Notes under the pieces: generated by a model
Database searches by the model: none
The model's input: the letters and a program-made list of their open reading frames with translations, nothing else
What the model was told of the DNA's origin: nothing
Part shown: positions 39,547 to 48,923 of the stretch, in pieces
Layout of the letters: the number at the start of each line of letters is the position of its first letter
How positions within the stretch are numbered: the stretch's first letter is position 1
From: Naegleria gruberi
Taxonomy: Eukaryota
Strand: one strand, 5' to 3'
DNA: 64,000 nucleotides
Assembly: GCA_000004985.1 (NCBI GenBank)
Contig: GG738871.1
Translations under genes and position numbers: made by a program

Positions 39547-41298
39547 ATGTCTATTAACACCACTTTCAATCAAAAGACTACTCAAAGTGGAGAACCTCCA
39601 ATGATGATGAGAATGACAAATAGTAGTACACCACCACTAACACCAAAGAATTGCCTCCCTATTTTCGTCTACAATGATTATGGGAAATTAATTAGAGAGG
39701 AACAGCAACAACCTACTGATATTATTACTAATAACAATAATTCAATGATGAGATCTATGCCAACTACCAATAGATGGGAAACAAATCCACAAACACCATT
39801 AAGTGTTTCTCCTTTCCAACCACTTTTACCGATTCCAAATTTCTCTCATGCATTCATTGTGGGAAATTTGCCACCAAGTGTGTCAGTGAGGAGAAAGAAT
39901 AGGAAAATGTCAGAGAAACCAAAAAACAACTCTGCACCAAGTAAAATAATGCATCAATTAGAATTATCAGTATTGAATAATCAGAGAAGAATTGCACCAA
40001 AAGGACCTCTTGCTGATATTTCTAATATACAACTTCCTCAACAAGAATCAACAAATAAGAGCAATAACACAACACCTAAAAAACCAAGAATTAGGCAATT
40101 AATGTTAACAACTCCCCTTAGAGAAAGCCTTCAATCAAACCAATCGGCCAGAAGCAAATACATTGATGAAGAAGCAAATAATTATTCTATTAATGATAGT
40201 CCTGAAACAACAATTATTAAAACCAGCAATACAAAAGATAGTGAGCATAAGGCAGCGATGGCAACTAATTTGGGCTTATCTACTGATGATTTTGAGTGCA
40301 AACCATTCGAAACCACAACACTACCTTCCGTCATTGATAAGAATTATCTGGTGGTTGATAAGGAAGGATGTACACAATTAGCACTCCTTCCCAATCACAT
40401 CCCAACAAGTGTGTGTAAACTTATTGAGGTGAAGTGTAGGAAAGTTTCTAACTTGAGACATGCCTTAAAAATCCAAAAGGCATCATTTTACGTCAATTGG
40501 TGGACTAAAAGTCAGCCAATGGGCTATATGTGTAAAGATAACGAATCTGAAATTGGAAAAGTTGTCAATGAGATTGCAGAATTACTCTCTGATCATTGTA
40601 GAAATTTATTACGAATGTGCAATGAGAGAGTGTACAAGAAAATTAGTGAGCTGAAGGAAGACAAGTTTTTTGCACCTTGTATTTGTTTTAATATATTGGA
40701 ACATGATTTGGAGAGCAGAATTACGAAATTTCATCATGATAAAATGGATTATGGAGTTTCAGTTTTATTCTATTTTGGAGACTATAGTCGAGGAAATTTG
40801 AATGTTTTGGATGCAGGATCTTCATCAACCATTGTCACACGACCTGGTGATGCTGTAATATTGAGAGGAAATTACTACAAGCATTCTGTGCAAAACATTG
40901 AACCTGGGAACAATAAGGCAAGATACAGCATTGTATTTTTTGCTCATTCGACACATTTCCTTAAGAAAAAGTATGAACTCTCCCCTGCAGCTGCTAAGAA
41001 GGCATTCTTGGTTGACAATCCTGATTTTGTTTCCATAAAGAAGAGAAAGCAAGCCAGTTCCTCCTCAGATGTGAGTGTAAAGAAATCAAAGAAATCCACT
41101 GAAGATAATGTAGAATTCATTCAGACTCACACCTACTTGGGCAATGGTTACAAGTCTGGTCACAAGAATTATCAATATTATGTTAAATTTAATAATAGTG
41201 ATCAGAAGGAGTGGAAATCTTACGAAAGCTTGCCGAAGCAAGCAGTTGCCTCCTATTGGGTAAAATTCAAAAAGCTCAAATCTTTGAGCAATCAATAA
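39547..41298 (+). CDS. Tet/JBP-family 2OG-Fe(II) dioxygenase (NgTet1-like catalytic domain) with a C-terminal chromo-like domain.
   Basis: The catalytic region 'KNYLVVDKEGCTQLALLPNHIP...KFHHDKMDYGVSVLFYFGDYSRGNLNVLDAGSSSTIVTRPGDAVILRGNYYKHSVQNIEPGNNKARYSIVFFAHS' aligns block-for-block with the NgTet1 sequence as I recall it ('...KPHKDNLDITPSSLFYFGNF...VQPGDVLFFKGNEYKHVVANI...LVYFAH', quoted from memory and unverified). The C-terminus 'EFIQTHTYLGNGYKSGHKNYQYYVKFNNSDQKEWKSYESLPKQAVASYW' has the chromodomain pattern (aromatic cage Y/Y/W and the 'W....L' turn). The N-terminal 270 aa are low-complexity. Confidence 0.8.
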   Translation: MSINTTFNQKTTQSGEPPMMMRMTNSSTPPLTPKNCLPIFVYNDYGKLIREEQQQPTDIITNNNNSMMRSMPTTNRWETNPQTPLSVSPFQPLLPIPNFSHAFIVGNLPPSVSVRRKNRKMSEKPKNNSAPSKIMHQLELSVLNNQRRIAPKGPLADISNIQLPQQESTNKSNNTTPKKPRIRQLMLTTPLRESLQSNQSARSKYIDEEANNYSINDSPETTIIKTSNTKDSEHKAAMATNLGLSTDDFECKPFETTTLPSVIDKNYLVVDKEGCTQLALLPNHIPTSVCKLIEVKCRKVSNLRHALKIQKASFYVNWWTKSQPMGYMCKDNESEIGKVVNEIAELLSDHCRNLLRMCNERVYKKISELKEDKFFAPCICFNILEHDLESRITKFHHDKMDYGVSVLFYFGDYSRGNLNVLDAGSSSTIVTRPGDAVILRGNYYKHSVQNIEPGNNKARYSIVFFAHSTHFLKKKYELSPAAAKKAFLVDNPDFVSIKKRKQASSSSDVSVKKSKKSTEDNVEFIQTHTYLGNGYKSGHKNYQYYVKFNNSDQKEWKSYESLPKQAVASYWVKFKKLKSLSNQ

Positions 41299-41357
41299 AA
41301 GCAATAATTCCAGCGTAATTAAATTTGTGAAAGATTATTTTATTACCTATAATCAAC

Positions 41358-43496
41358 CTAGCTCAATATTAACTTGAGAACTTCATCATTTGATTTATCT
41401 GACAGAGTAGTCTTGAAAGTAAGCACTCCATTCAACAGTGAAATTACATAAAGAGTTTTTTCCTGTTCGCCTGTCTCTACAAACATAGAGTTAGATCTTG
41501 GATAGATATTAACAGCATTTGGACGTTCAGAGAGTTGTTTCCTAAATGTCCAAACTAGAGTTCCAGATTTGATATCAACACAATAGACCGATAGATAAGT
41601 ATCACCAAATAAATCTTCAGTTTCCACATCATCCGCCATCTCATCTTCATTGGCAGGTTCTTCCATTGTTTCCTCAGATTCATCCTCAATATCTACTACT
41701 TCTTCCTGTTGTTGTTGACGTTCTTTCAATGGCTTATGTACACATGCAAAGTAAATATTGCTTCCGTAGAGATAGTATGATTTGCAAGAAGTCTTGGCAG
41801 GTATTTCCAAAGGAACAGACCAAACAATAGATGGTGTTAAAACCTGCTCAACTACCTTCTCACGATTTCTAAAGTGTCTTTCATGTTCTACATTCACAGC
41901 AACTGATTTTAAGCATGAACATCCCTTCTTGTAAGGCAAATTGCCAAAAGTTGCCTTCTTTTCATTGGCTTGATAAGGTGAGAGGTAAACAAATCCACCC
42001 AAAGACTTTTCTTCATCCTCAAAAATTACAAGAGGCTCTCCTGAGGCAAGATTATTTCTATCCTTGTCAAAACCGGAAAAGATATTCTTCAATTGATCTA
42101 TATCAAATACACTCCCAGAGGCAAACAGATTGTTTGGAGTGACATGTAAATTGCCTGAGAAGGAATCTCCAACAGTAGTTCCAGTCATAGATAATAGAGA
42201 GAAATGACTCTCAGATCCTGTTAGCAGATATATTTGATTGTCATCTGTTACTATTGAGGATATTAATCGATCTACATTAGCAACATCCTTTAAGAGCCCA
42301 ACTTCGCGTAAAGTCATTCTATCCAGTATATGGACATTATGCTTTTTTGTCTTTACAATGTAAAACTTGTCGATAGGTAAGAGTGATGAGGTAGCCTCTT
42401 CTAATTCTTCCTTTGGGAGTTTTACACGAAGTGTTACGAAATGTCTACACACGCCTTTCATATCTAGCAAGGCAATATAATTTGGAAATTCTAATACAAT
42501 TTTTCTGGTTAAATGATCATAAAATACAAATAAAAGATTATCCTTAAAGAATTCCTTTCTTTCCCTCTCTACAACAGACTGAAATTCATAAGACTCCTCA
42601 AATTTTCTGGTATCATTGGCTTCATTTTGAAGCTCAATCATTCTTTGTTGCCATTCAGCACTATTAATTGCTACTTGTTGATTTTTCATAGTGTCATTGA
42701 ATGTTTGTCTCAATCGTTCCCTTCTTTCCTTGTCCTTGAGGGTCAAAAGCTCCCTCTTGAAAGTGCTAAAGGCCTTATCCTGTTGCAATTTTACCTCCAA
42801 AGGTTTGATTTGATTGAATGCATCTTCTGAGAGTGAAAGAACTGTTTGACCAGTTGGAACATCTACCACTTGAAAAGTATCCTTCCCTCTATTTGGATCG
42901 AATATAAATACATAATCAGTACCAGTGTAAACTCGTTTTTGTTCAGATCCAGACTTGTTGAAAATCTCAAACCTTTCATGTATGTATGGAGAATGAATTG
43001 AAGTCATTTCTTTCAATGAGGCAATTGTATTTGGCAATGTATAAATCACCTTGCTTTGCAAAATATCAAAACATGATTTTCCATCCTTTAAAAAGGTATA
43101 TCTGTCTCTATTCTTGATACTTCCCTTCAAACACATTTGATTCCAAGACTTTGATACTAATCGACATGTTTGAATTTCCTCCAAGGTAAGAAAAGCCAAT
43201 GACGTGCTGATACAATCTTCAACAGTCATAGATACAAACTCTGATGAAGGCTTTTCACCCATAACCATAAATTGAAGTTTTCTTCGTTTGAGACTTCTCA
43301 GAGTAATATCATTGGTCAAGACTTTTCCAGAGCAAATAATTTTAGTTCTTGATGGTGGTATCCCAAAGTCCTGCTCCAATTCTTTCTTGATGGTTTGTAT
43401 GCTGGTATTTTCATCCAAGTCTAGAGTACATTTGGTTTTCTTACTCAGAATGTTGAAAGATACATTCACTATACTATTATTATTATTGGAAATCAT
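41358..43496 (-). CDS. Protein with an N-terminal ubiquitin-like domain, an F-box-like motif and a C-terminal beta-propeller-like region.
   Basis: 'VSFNILSKKTKCTLDLDENTSIQTIKKELEQDFGIPPSRTKIICSGKVLTNDITLRSLKRRKLQFMVMG' has a UBL fold signature. 'LAFLTLEEIQTCRLVSKSWNQMC' is F-box-like. The track start 43541 is TTG and the first ATG is at 43496. Confidence 0.5.
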   Translation of the reverse strand: MISNNNNSIVNVSFNILSKKTKCTLDLDENTSIQTIKKELEQDFGIPPSRTKIICSGKVLTNDITLRSLKRRKLQFMVMGEKPSSEFVSMTVEDCISTSLAFLTLEEIQTCRLVSKSWNQMCLKGSIKNRDRYTFLKDGKSCFDILQSKVIYTLPNTIASLKEMTSIHSPYIHERFEIFNKSGSEQKRVYTGTDYVFIFDPNRGKDTFQVVDVPTGQTVLSLSEDAFNQIKPLEVKLQQDKAFSTFKRELLTLKDKERRERLRQTFNDTMKNQQVAINSAEWQQRMIELQNEANDTRKFEESYEFQSVVERERKEFFKDNLLFVFYDHLTRKIVLEFPNYIALLDMKGVCRHFVTLRVKLPKEELEEATSSLLPIDKFYIVKTKKHNVHILDRMTLREVGLLKDVANVDRLISSIVTDDNQIYLLTGSESHFSLLSMTGTTVGDSFSGNLHVTPNNLFASGSVFDIDQLKNIFSGFDKDRNNLASGEPLVIFEDEEKSLGGFVYLSPYQANEKKATFGNLPYKKGCSCLKSVAVNVEHERHFRNREKVVEQVLTPSIVWSVPLEIPAKTSCKSYYLYGSNIYFACVHKPLKERQQQQEEVVDIEDESEETMEEPANEDEMADDVETEDLFGDTYLSVYCVDIKSGTLVWTFRKQLSERPNAVNIYPRSNSMFVETGEQEKTLYVISLLNGVLTFKTTLSDKSNDEVLKLILS

Positions 43497-44148
43497 GATT
43501 CTCTTATTAATTTGAACTTGTTGAAGATGTATGATGTACAAGAAAAAATCAATCGATTCCGAAAACTACACTTTCAAAATATGATCAATTTTTAAGCCTG
43601 AGCAAATGATGAAACTCTATTCCCAAGCCTTCTTCGCTTTTTTTTGTTTGTTCTATTTTTGCTTCAAAATTTGCTGCTCTTGGTCTTTGAACAAAACATT
43701 GTTCTTGAAGCAAATTTTTCATCAACATAAGCTCTCATATGTAACAATAACTTTGTCCTAACTACCTCCTCTCGGAACACCAAATAATATTATCATCCAA
43801 ATACCATCCATTAGGAGTCAATAATTTTGAAAGAAGATTAAATTCTTGATGATTTTTTTCAAGCTCCAAAAAATGGCTCCTTCCTTCTCGCCCACACCAA
43901 ATGGCAAAACAATAATTTCAGCACAGCAACAGCTGCAGTCGGAGTCTTCATTTCGTGATGAATGTGTTTGTGGAGAGAATGTTGAATGGCTTGGTTGATT
44001 TATCTACATCTTCTATTGTACCACTTATTGAATCTTCTTCATCATCTTTGAAAGGGAATCAAATCAATAATAATCAGGACTATGTATTGATAGTATTAAT
44101 GCAAACTTTGATAATTCATCCATTACACCAACAAAAGCCATCATTAAC

Positions 44149-45618
44149 ATGTCGATATGGGGATTTGAGGATATTCTCTTCTTGTTTATTTCATTAATTT
44201 GTTCTCTTGTTCTCATTAGATCATTCATGAGAAGGAGGAAAAAGCAACAACAACGAGAAACATCATCCACAACAATAGCAACTACAAATAATGTACATGA
44301 AACCTCTGGTTTATCATCAATAATAACAAAACCAAGTCCAGTCGATATGATGGCAGGAACAGCTACTAAAAAACCAAAAATCACACGACACTACCAAGAT
44401 GGACACTCCTTTCCACATACTGCCTCTATTATCATCATGATCATCATTCTCTGTTTATCATACAGTACTATTCTCACTATACAGTGCATCTACATGGGCC
44501 AAGCTGCTTACAATATGATGAATGAAGATTCCTATCACAGCAAGGAAATAATTTTAGGATTTGATGCTTCAGTGAGAGGTCTCTTCTCTATTGCCTATCT
44601 TGCCCAACTTGTTCTCTCACTTAATTACTTTACAATTTTGTACAAGTTTTCATCAAGGCACTTGGCTCACAAAATTGTTTTTGCAGCTATTGGATTGTTG
44701 GGCTGTTTGAACTTGTCCCTCAATGTAGTTTCTCACTTGTTCAAAATTCTCTACACTTATTTTAATATCAAGTTTGCAGGAAGTGGACCTGCTACATTAT
44801 TGGTTGAACAAATTTCCATCCTAGTTTCTGCCTCAACATCAATATTTTTATCACTAATTATTGCACTTGCAGCAGTTTTGTTCGCATTTGTTAATAATCC
44901 TAATAATATGAGGAGATTAAGATCTAGATTAATTCTTTTTATTTTCCTGCATCAATTTGTTTGGATTATTTATGAAACTTATAGAATTATTTCACAATTT
45001 GATATATTATTTGGAATTCAATTGGTATCATGGCCAGATTTAATAATGCAATCAATAATGTATCTCCTCTTGATTACCTATGTATTGATAGTGGTGATAA
45101 CAATTGCACTTTTCAATAGAGGAAATGAACATCAAGCTCTTCTTTCTACTGAATGGATGGCACTTATTGAGGATGAGGATGATGCTGAACCAACCATTTT
45201 CGATTTCCAAGCCAAATCCAGAGCTATTCATGCTCGCCCTAACATGGATCAAATTCCAACTCACTCCCTCTCCCCTCACTCATTCAATAATATGAGTGAA
45301 AGTACCTATGGAGCTATGGGTTATAACAGTATGGTTGGTAGTTTACCGATCGGTATGAGAAAGGCAACACCAAACACTAGCTTGGGTTTTGAAGCATCCA
45401 TGTATTCCACCAATCCAGTTAATGCCCAATCTAGTGCCAATAATAATAGACATTCTGGAAACAATCAAGGACGTCTCAATACCTCCTCATCCATTATTTA
45501 CAATCGTTCCGACAATGTACCAATTCTCAAAGAAGAAGAACCTCCAAAAGACACCATTTACTCCTCCAGTCTTACTTCTAACAATTCATCATCCTCCTGG
45601 ACACACAAACTCAACTAG
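44149..45618 (+). CDS. Multi-pass (about 7 TM) integral membrane protein with a Ser/Asn-rich cytoplasmic tail. Possibly a GPCR-like or TOM1/THH1-like family member.
   Basis: The protein is 489 aa and starts with a real ATG. There are at least 7 hydrophobic helices, for example 'ILFLFISLICSLVLI', 'IIIMIIILCLSYSTILTI', 'LFSIAYLAQLVLSL', 'IVFAAIGLLGCLNL', 'ISILVSASTSIFLSLIIALAAVLFAF', 'LILFIFLHQFVWIIY' and 'IMYLLLITYVLIVVITIALF'. Confidence 0.5.
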   Translation: MSIWGFEDILFLFISLICSLVLIRSFMRRRKKQQQRETSSTTIATTNNVHETSGLSSIITKPSPVDMMAGTATKKPKITRHYQDGHSFPHTASIIIMIIILCLSYSTILTIQCIYMGQAAYNMMNEDSYHSKEIILGFDASVRGLFSIAYLAQLVLSLNYFTILYKFSSRHLAHKIVFAAIGLLGCLNLSLNVVSHLFKILYTYFNIKFAGSGPATLLVEQISILVSASTSIFLSLIIALAAVLFAFVNNPNNMRRLRSRLILFIFLHQFVWIIYETYRIISQFDILFGIQLVSWPDLIMQSIMYLLLITYVLIVVITIALFNRGNEHQALLSTEWMALIEDEDDAEPTIFDFQAKSRAIHARPNMDQIPTHSLSPHSFNNMSESTYGAMGYNSMVGSLPIGMRKATPNTSLGFEASMYSTNPVNAQSSANNNRHSGNNQGRLNTSSSIIYNRSDNVPILKEEEPPKDTIYSSSLTSNNSSSSWTHKLN

Positions 45619-45847
45619 AGTTGTACAACCATAATATATTAAAAATAAACAGTACAATTCCCAAATCAAGATTTATTTAAACAATGATTAGTAATTTCCA
45701 ACAACAACTGGTATGTTATGCAACACCGAATTTGCTTAAACATTGTTACAATAACAAGTGCAATTTCCAAAAAGCAAGTTTCATGAATTTGAGAGAAATA
45801 TAAAAATATTTTGTTGAACAAACCACTGAACTTTAAAACTGAAAAAA

Positions 45848-46990
45848 ATGTTCAAAGGTTACTCTTCCATTCAAAATCACTTTCTCAAGGACGTTGATTC
45901 CTATCCACTCCAAACACAATACGATCCACAGGTACCATGGATCGTAACAGAAAAGATTCACGGATCAAACTTTAGTTTTGTAGTGAGTCTTGTAAAGGAT
46001 GATGCTGCATCAATTGATGATAATAATTTACAAATTCAGGTGGCAAAACGTACGGAAATTTTGGCAGATAATGATCCGTCTTATTATCCAAAGGCTGTTC
46101 GATCAGTTCGTGAATTATATGATGAAAAGATGAAATTGTTATTTAAGAATTTGGCTCTTGATTTGGAAAAGAAGAGAAATGTAAAACTTGTTAGTTTGAG
46201 TGTTTTTGGTGAATTATTTGGTGGTAATTATCCACATAAGGATGTAAAGAATGTTGGTGATAGAGCTCCGATTCAGAGACATGTGTATTATTGTACAGAT
46301 TTTGATTTTTATGTATTTGATATCTTTGTTTTTACAAAGAGTGATGATCCTAATGAAAAGAGATTGAATTATTTCCTTTCCTATGATGATATGGTGGAAC
46401 AAGTGAAAAAAACTGGTTTGGATTGTTATGCAAGAGAATTATTTAGAGGTAAATTGGAAGAATGCTTGAATTATGACAGTGTATTTGATTCTGTCATTCC
46501 TTCCACAATCTATGGTTTACCAGACATGCCTCATCACACCAATATTTGTGAAGGTATCATTATTAAGCCACTTATTGATATGAGGACTGATAAAAATGAT
46601 AGAATGGTTATCAAGAAGAAGAATGATAACTTTATGGAAAAAATTGGTCAAAAAGACAAGGTCAGAAAGGAAAGACTAGTAAAACAAAATACTGGTAAGA
46701 AATTCATTGATGATAAATCAGAACAAGCTATGAGTGATGTCCTCTCCTACATGAATGAAAATAGACTGGAAGGTAACATTTCAAAACTAGGTGACATTTT
46801 CAATTTCCCAAAAATTAGGGAAAGTTGCGTCTATTTACTTGCCCAAGATACTTTGAAGGACTATAGAGAGGAGAATTCTGAAGTGTGGGATCAACTTCCT
46901 AAGGAAGATCGTAAAGCAATCTCTGGTGCCTTACCTGCAATTGCTAAACGTTTTGTTGAGGAATATGTCAGTAAGAATAAACAAAATTAA
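45848..46990 (+). CDS. ATP-dependent RNA ligase of the phage T4 Rnl2 / kinetoplastid editing-ligase (REL) family, comprising a nucleotidyltransferase domain and a C-terminal domain.
   Basis: The N-terminus 'MFKGYSSIQNHF' parallels the T4 Rnl2 N-terminus as I remember it ('MFKKYSSLENHY', from memory and unverified). 'WIVTEKIHGSNFSF' is motif I (K.HG.N, with the AMP-lysine). 'LSVFGELFGG' is motif III. 'DFYVFDIFV' is motif IV. 'CEGIIIKP' is motif V. 'MVIKKKND' is the K.K.N motif. The protein is 380 aa and starts at ATG 45848. Confidence 0.8.
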   Translation: MFKGYSSIQNHFLKDVDSYPLQTQYDPQVPWIVTEKIHGSNFSFVVSLVKDDAASIDDNNLQIQVAKRTEILADNDPSYYPKAVRSVRELYDEKMKLLFKNLALDLEKKRNVKLVSLSVFGELFGGNYPHKDVKNVGDRAPIQRHVYYCTDFDFYVFDIFVFTKSDDPNEKRLNYFLSYDDMVEQVKKTGLDCYARELFRGKLEECLNYDSVFDSVIPSTIYGLPDMPHHTNICEGIIIKPLIDMRTDKNDRMVIKKKNDNFMEKIGQKDKVRKERLVKQNTGKKFIDDKSEQAMSDVLSYMNENRLEGNISKLGDIFNFPKIRESCVYLLAQDTLKDYREENSEVWDQLPKEDRKAISGALPAIAKRFVEEYVSKNKQN

Positions 46991-47173
46991 TCTTACTTTC
47001 ATTAAGGTCATTTATTCCAACTTGATTATCACTATTGTTGCGATGGTATTGGGTAGGAAAATGGGTTGTTAGTGGAAAGGTCAGTAAGGTAAATGCATCT
47101 ATTTAGAGAAAATTCTTTAGGTTGTTTTTATTTACATTAATATAAATTCTTTAAAAGTCTTTAGTGAAAATCA

Positions 47174-47794
47174 TTACAATAATTGACATTGTCTATTCTT
47201 TCTCGATAACAATTCTTGTTGTTTCTTTTCCTTATTTTCAAAATATAAACGAATCACTTGATCAAAAACATTCTTCACTCCAGCACCTGTCTTTGCCGAA
47301 CATTCAACATATTTGGCTGCCTTGACATCTGCTCTGAGTTTTTCTCCCATTTCTTGTGAAATGACAGTTTTTCCTCTTTCTTTCAGTTTTTGTAAAATAG
47401 TTTCGTCTTCCCTCAGATCTGTTTGTGTTCCTATCAGAAGGATTGGCACATCCTTGCAGTGGTGGCGCACTTCTGGACACCATTTGAGTTTAACATTTTC
47501 ATAACTAGCTGGGATGACTGTACTGAAACACATGAGGAAGGTTTGTGTTCCTGGATACGAAAGTGGACGAATCGAATCAAAACTTTCTTGACCAGCCGAA
47601 TCCCACAATCCCAAATTGACAATATTTCCATCAACCTTTACACTGCAACTATAATTATCAAAAACAGTTGGTAAATATTCCTCAGTAAATTTATCATTGG
47701 CATAGACGTATAATAGACATGTCTTTCCTACTGCACCATCACCTACGGTAACGCACTTGATATGAGTAATGGAAGTCATTTTGTTGTTGTTCAT
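47174..47794 (-). CDS. Rho-family small GTPase (Rac/Rho-like) with a C-terminal CAAX box 'CQLL'.
   Basis: '[17 protein letters not shown]' is G1. 'YLPTVFDNY' is the switch I region. 'WDSAGQE' is G3. 'TQTDLRED' is G4. 'CSAKT' is G5. The C-terminus is 'KNRQCQLL'. The likely true start is the internal '[10 protein letters not shown]'. Confidence 0.88.
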   Translation of the reverse strand: MNNNKMTSITHIKCVTVGDGAVGKTCLLYVYANDKFTEEYLPTVFDNYSCSVKVDGNIVNLGLWDSAGQESFDSIRPLSYPGTQTFLMCFSTVIPASYENVKLKWCPEVRHHCKDVPILLIGTQTDLREDETILQKLKERGKTVISQEMGEKLRADVKAAKYVECSAKTGAGVKNVFDQVIRLYFENKEKKQQELLSRKNRQCQLL

Positions 47795-48134
47795 TTCTTT
47801 TTGTCTTTGAACTCTAATTCGTTTAGTTTCGTTTTGAATCTAATGCTGCTAAAAGTGAAGAAACCTCACCAACAAGAGGAACAGAGAATATATCGAACAC
47901 GGAACAAGATAGGAATGACCTTATCACTCTTTCAAAATCCTCAACAAACTAATTGGTAGGGAAATATACTAAACCATATTAGAAAAAAAAAGAGACAAGA
48001 CTATTACGCACTTGATTGCAATATGCAAGACATCTGAGTGTTTCTATCTGTTGTAGTTTTTGCATTTTCAAGGAACTTGGAATTTACTTTCGAATCACTT
48101 TACAATATGATTCTTCTGTAAACAAATATTTACA

Positions 48135-48847
48135 CTATTTATTCTTTTTAAATGTTGATTTGACTTGATTATTCCCCTCCTTATATCTGTAAACAGTTAT
48201 TTTAATATTGGTTTCAGAGAAGAGTTCACAAAGAATTTCCTTCACCTTCTCCCATTCCAACTTATCCAAACCAATTCCTATTTGTGGCATTGCTAAATTG
48301 GTGATATTAAACCTCAGCATGTGTTCCTTCATGTGGGCAAGACTGGATTTTAATGATTCGTAGGTTGGCACATGGAAATATCGTTCCTTAGTTACCAAAT
48401 AACTTTCATGAAAAATTTTAAAGAATTTCATGTGTTAAATTTCCATATTTCAAGATAAAACATACTAGATCATCATTTCCTCATTAGGAACATACAGTGT
48501 GGCCATTTCTCCAATTTTAGCACCCTGTTCTTTCAATCCATCCACACATCCATATTTTTCCTTGAAAATAACTGCAATTCCTGCTCCCATATTCAAATCA
48601 ACACTCACACAATGACACATGCTTTTGGAAATTTTCAAAGTGGAATCTCTCGATTATCGGAAAGAGGTACTTGTGAGGGGACTGTTTCTTTCCAATCGGA
48701 GCTCTTCAACGAGGTGAATAAATCACCATCCATTTCAGTGATGAGAAATTCATGGGAATGATTGGTCTCGAGATCTAGTTGTGGTGAATGATCTTGTTTC
48801 ATTTTTTTAAAGTAAATTTGGATTTTGCATTCACACAAAGTTTTCAA
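48135..48847 (-). CDS. OARD1/TARG1-like macrodomain (O-acyl-ADP-ribose deacylase / ADP-ribosyl-Glu hydrolase) gene. There is a 63-nt intron at 48403..48465 and an apparent frameshift in the 5' coding region (~48630..48660). It may be a pseudogene or a sequence error.
   Basis: The spliced 3' part 'MCHCVSVDLNMGAGIAVIFKEKYGCVDGLKEQGAKIGEMATLYVPNEEMMI|YYLVTKERYFHVPTYESLKSSLAHMKEHMLRFNITNLAMPQIGIGLDKLEWEKVKEILCELFSETNIKITVY' aligns along its length with the human OARD1 sequence as I recall it ('CRMGAGIAVLFKKKFG...[74 protein letters not shown]', from memory and unverified). The expected upstream 'ITEMDGDLFTS' (OARD1 'ITYVKGDLFACP') is present but in the -1 frame (track ORF 48635..48847). The switch must occur within about 20 nt, which is too short for an intron. 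Confidence 0.6.
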
Positions 48848-48923
48848 AATGAAATTGTAATGTTATTGGAAATAAATTAGTGGAATATTTTCTGGAACTT
48901 GTTTAGTCGAAACTGTAACATGT

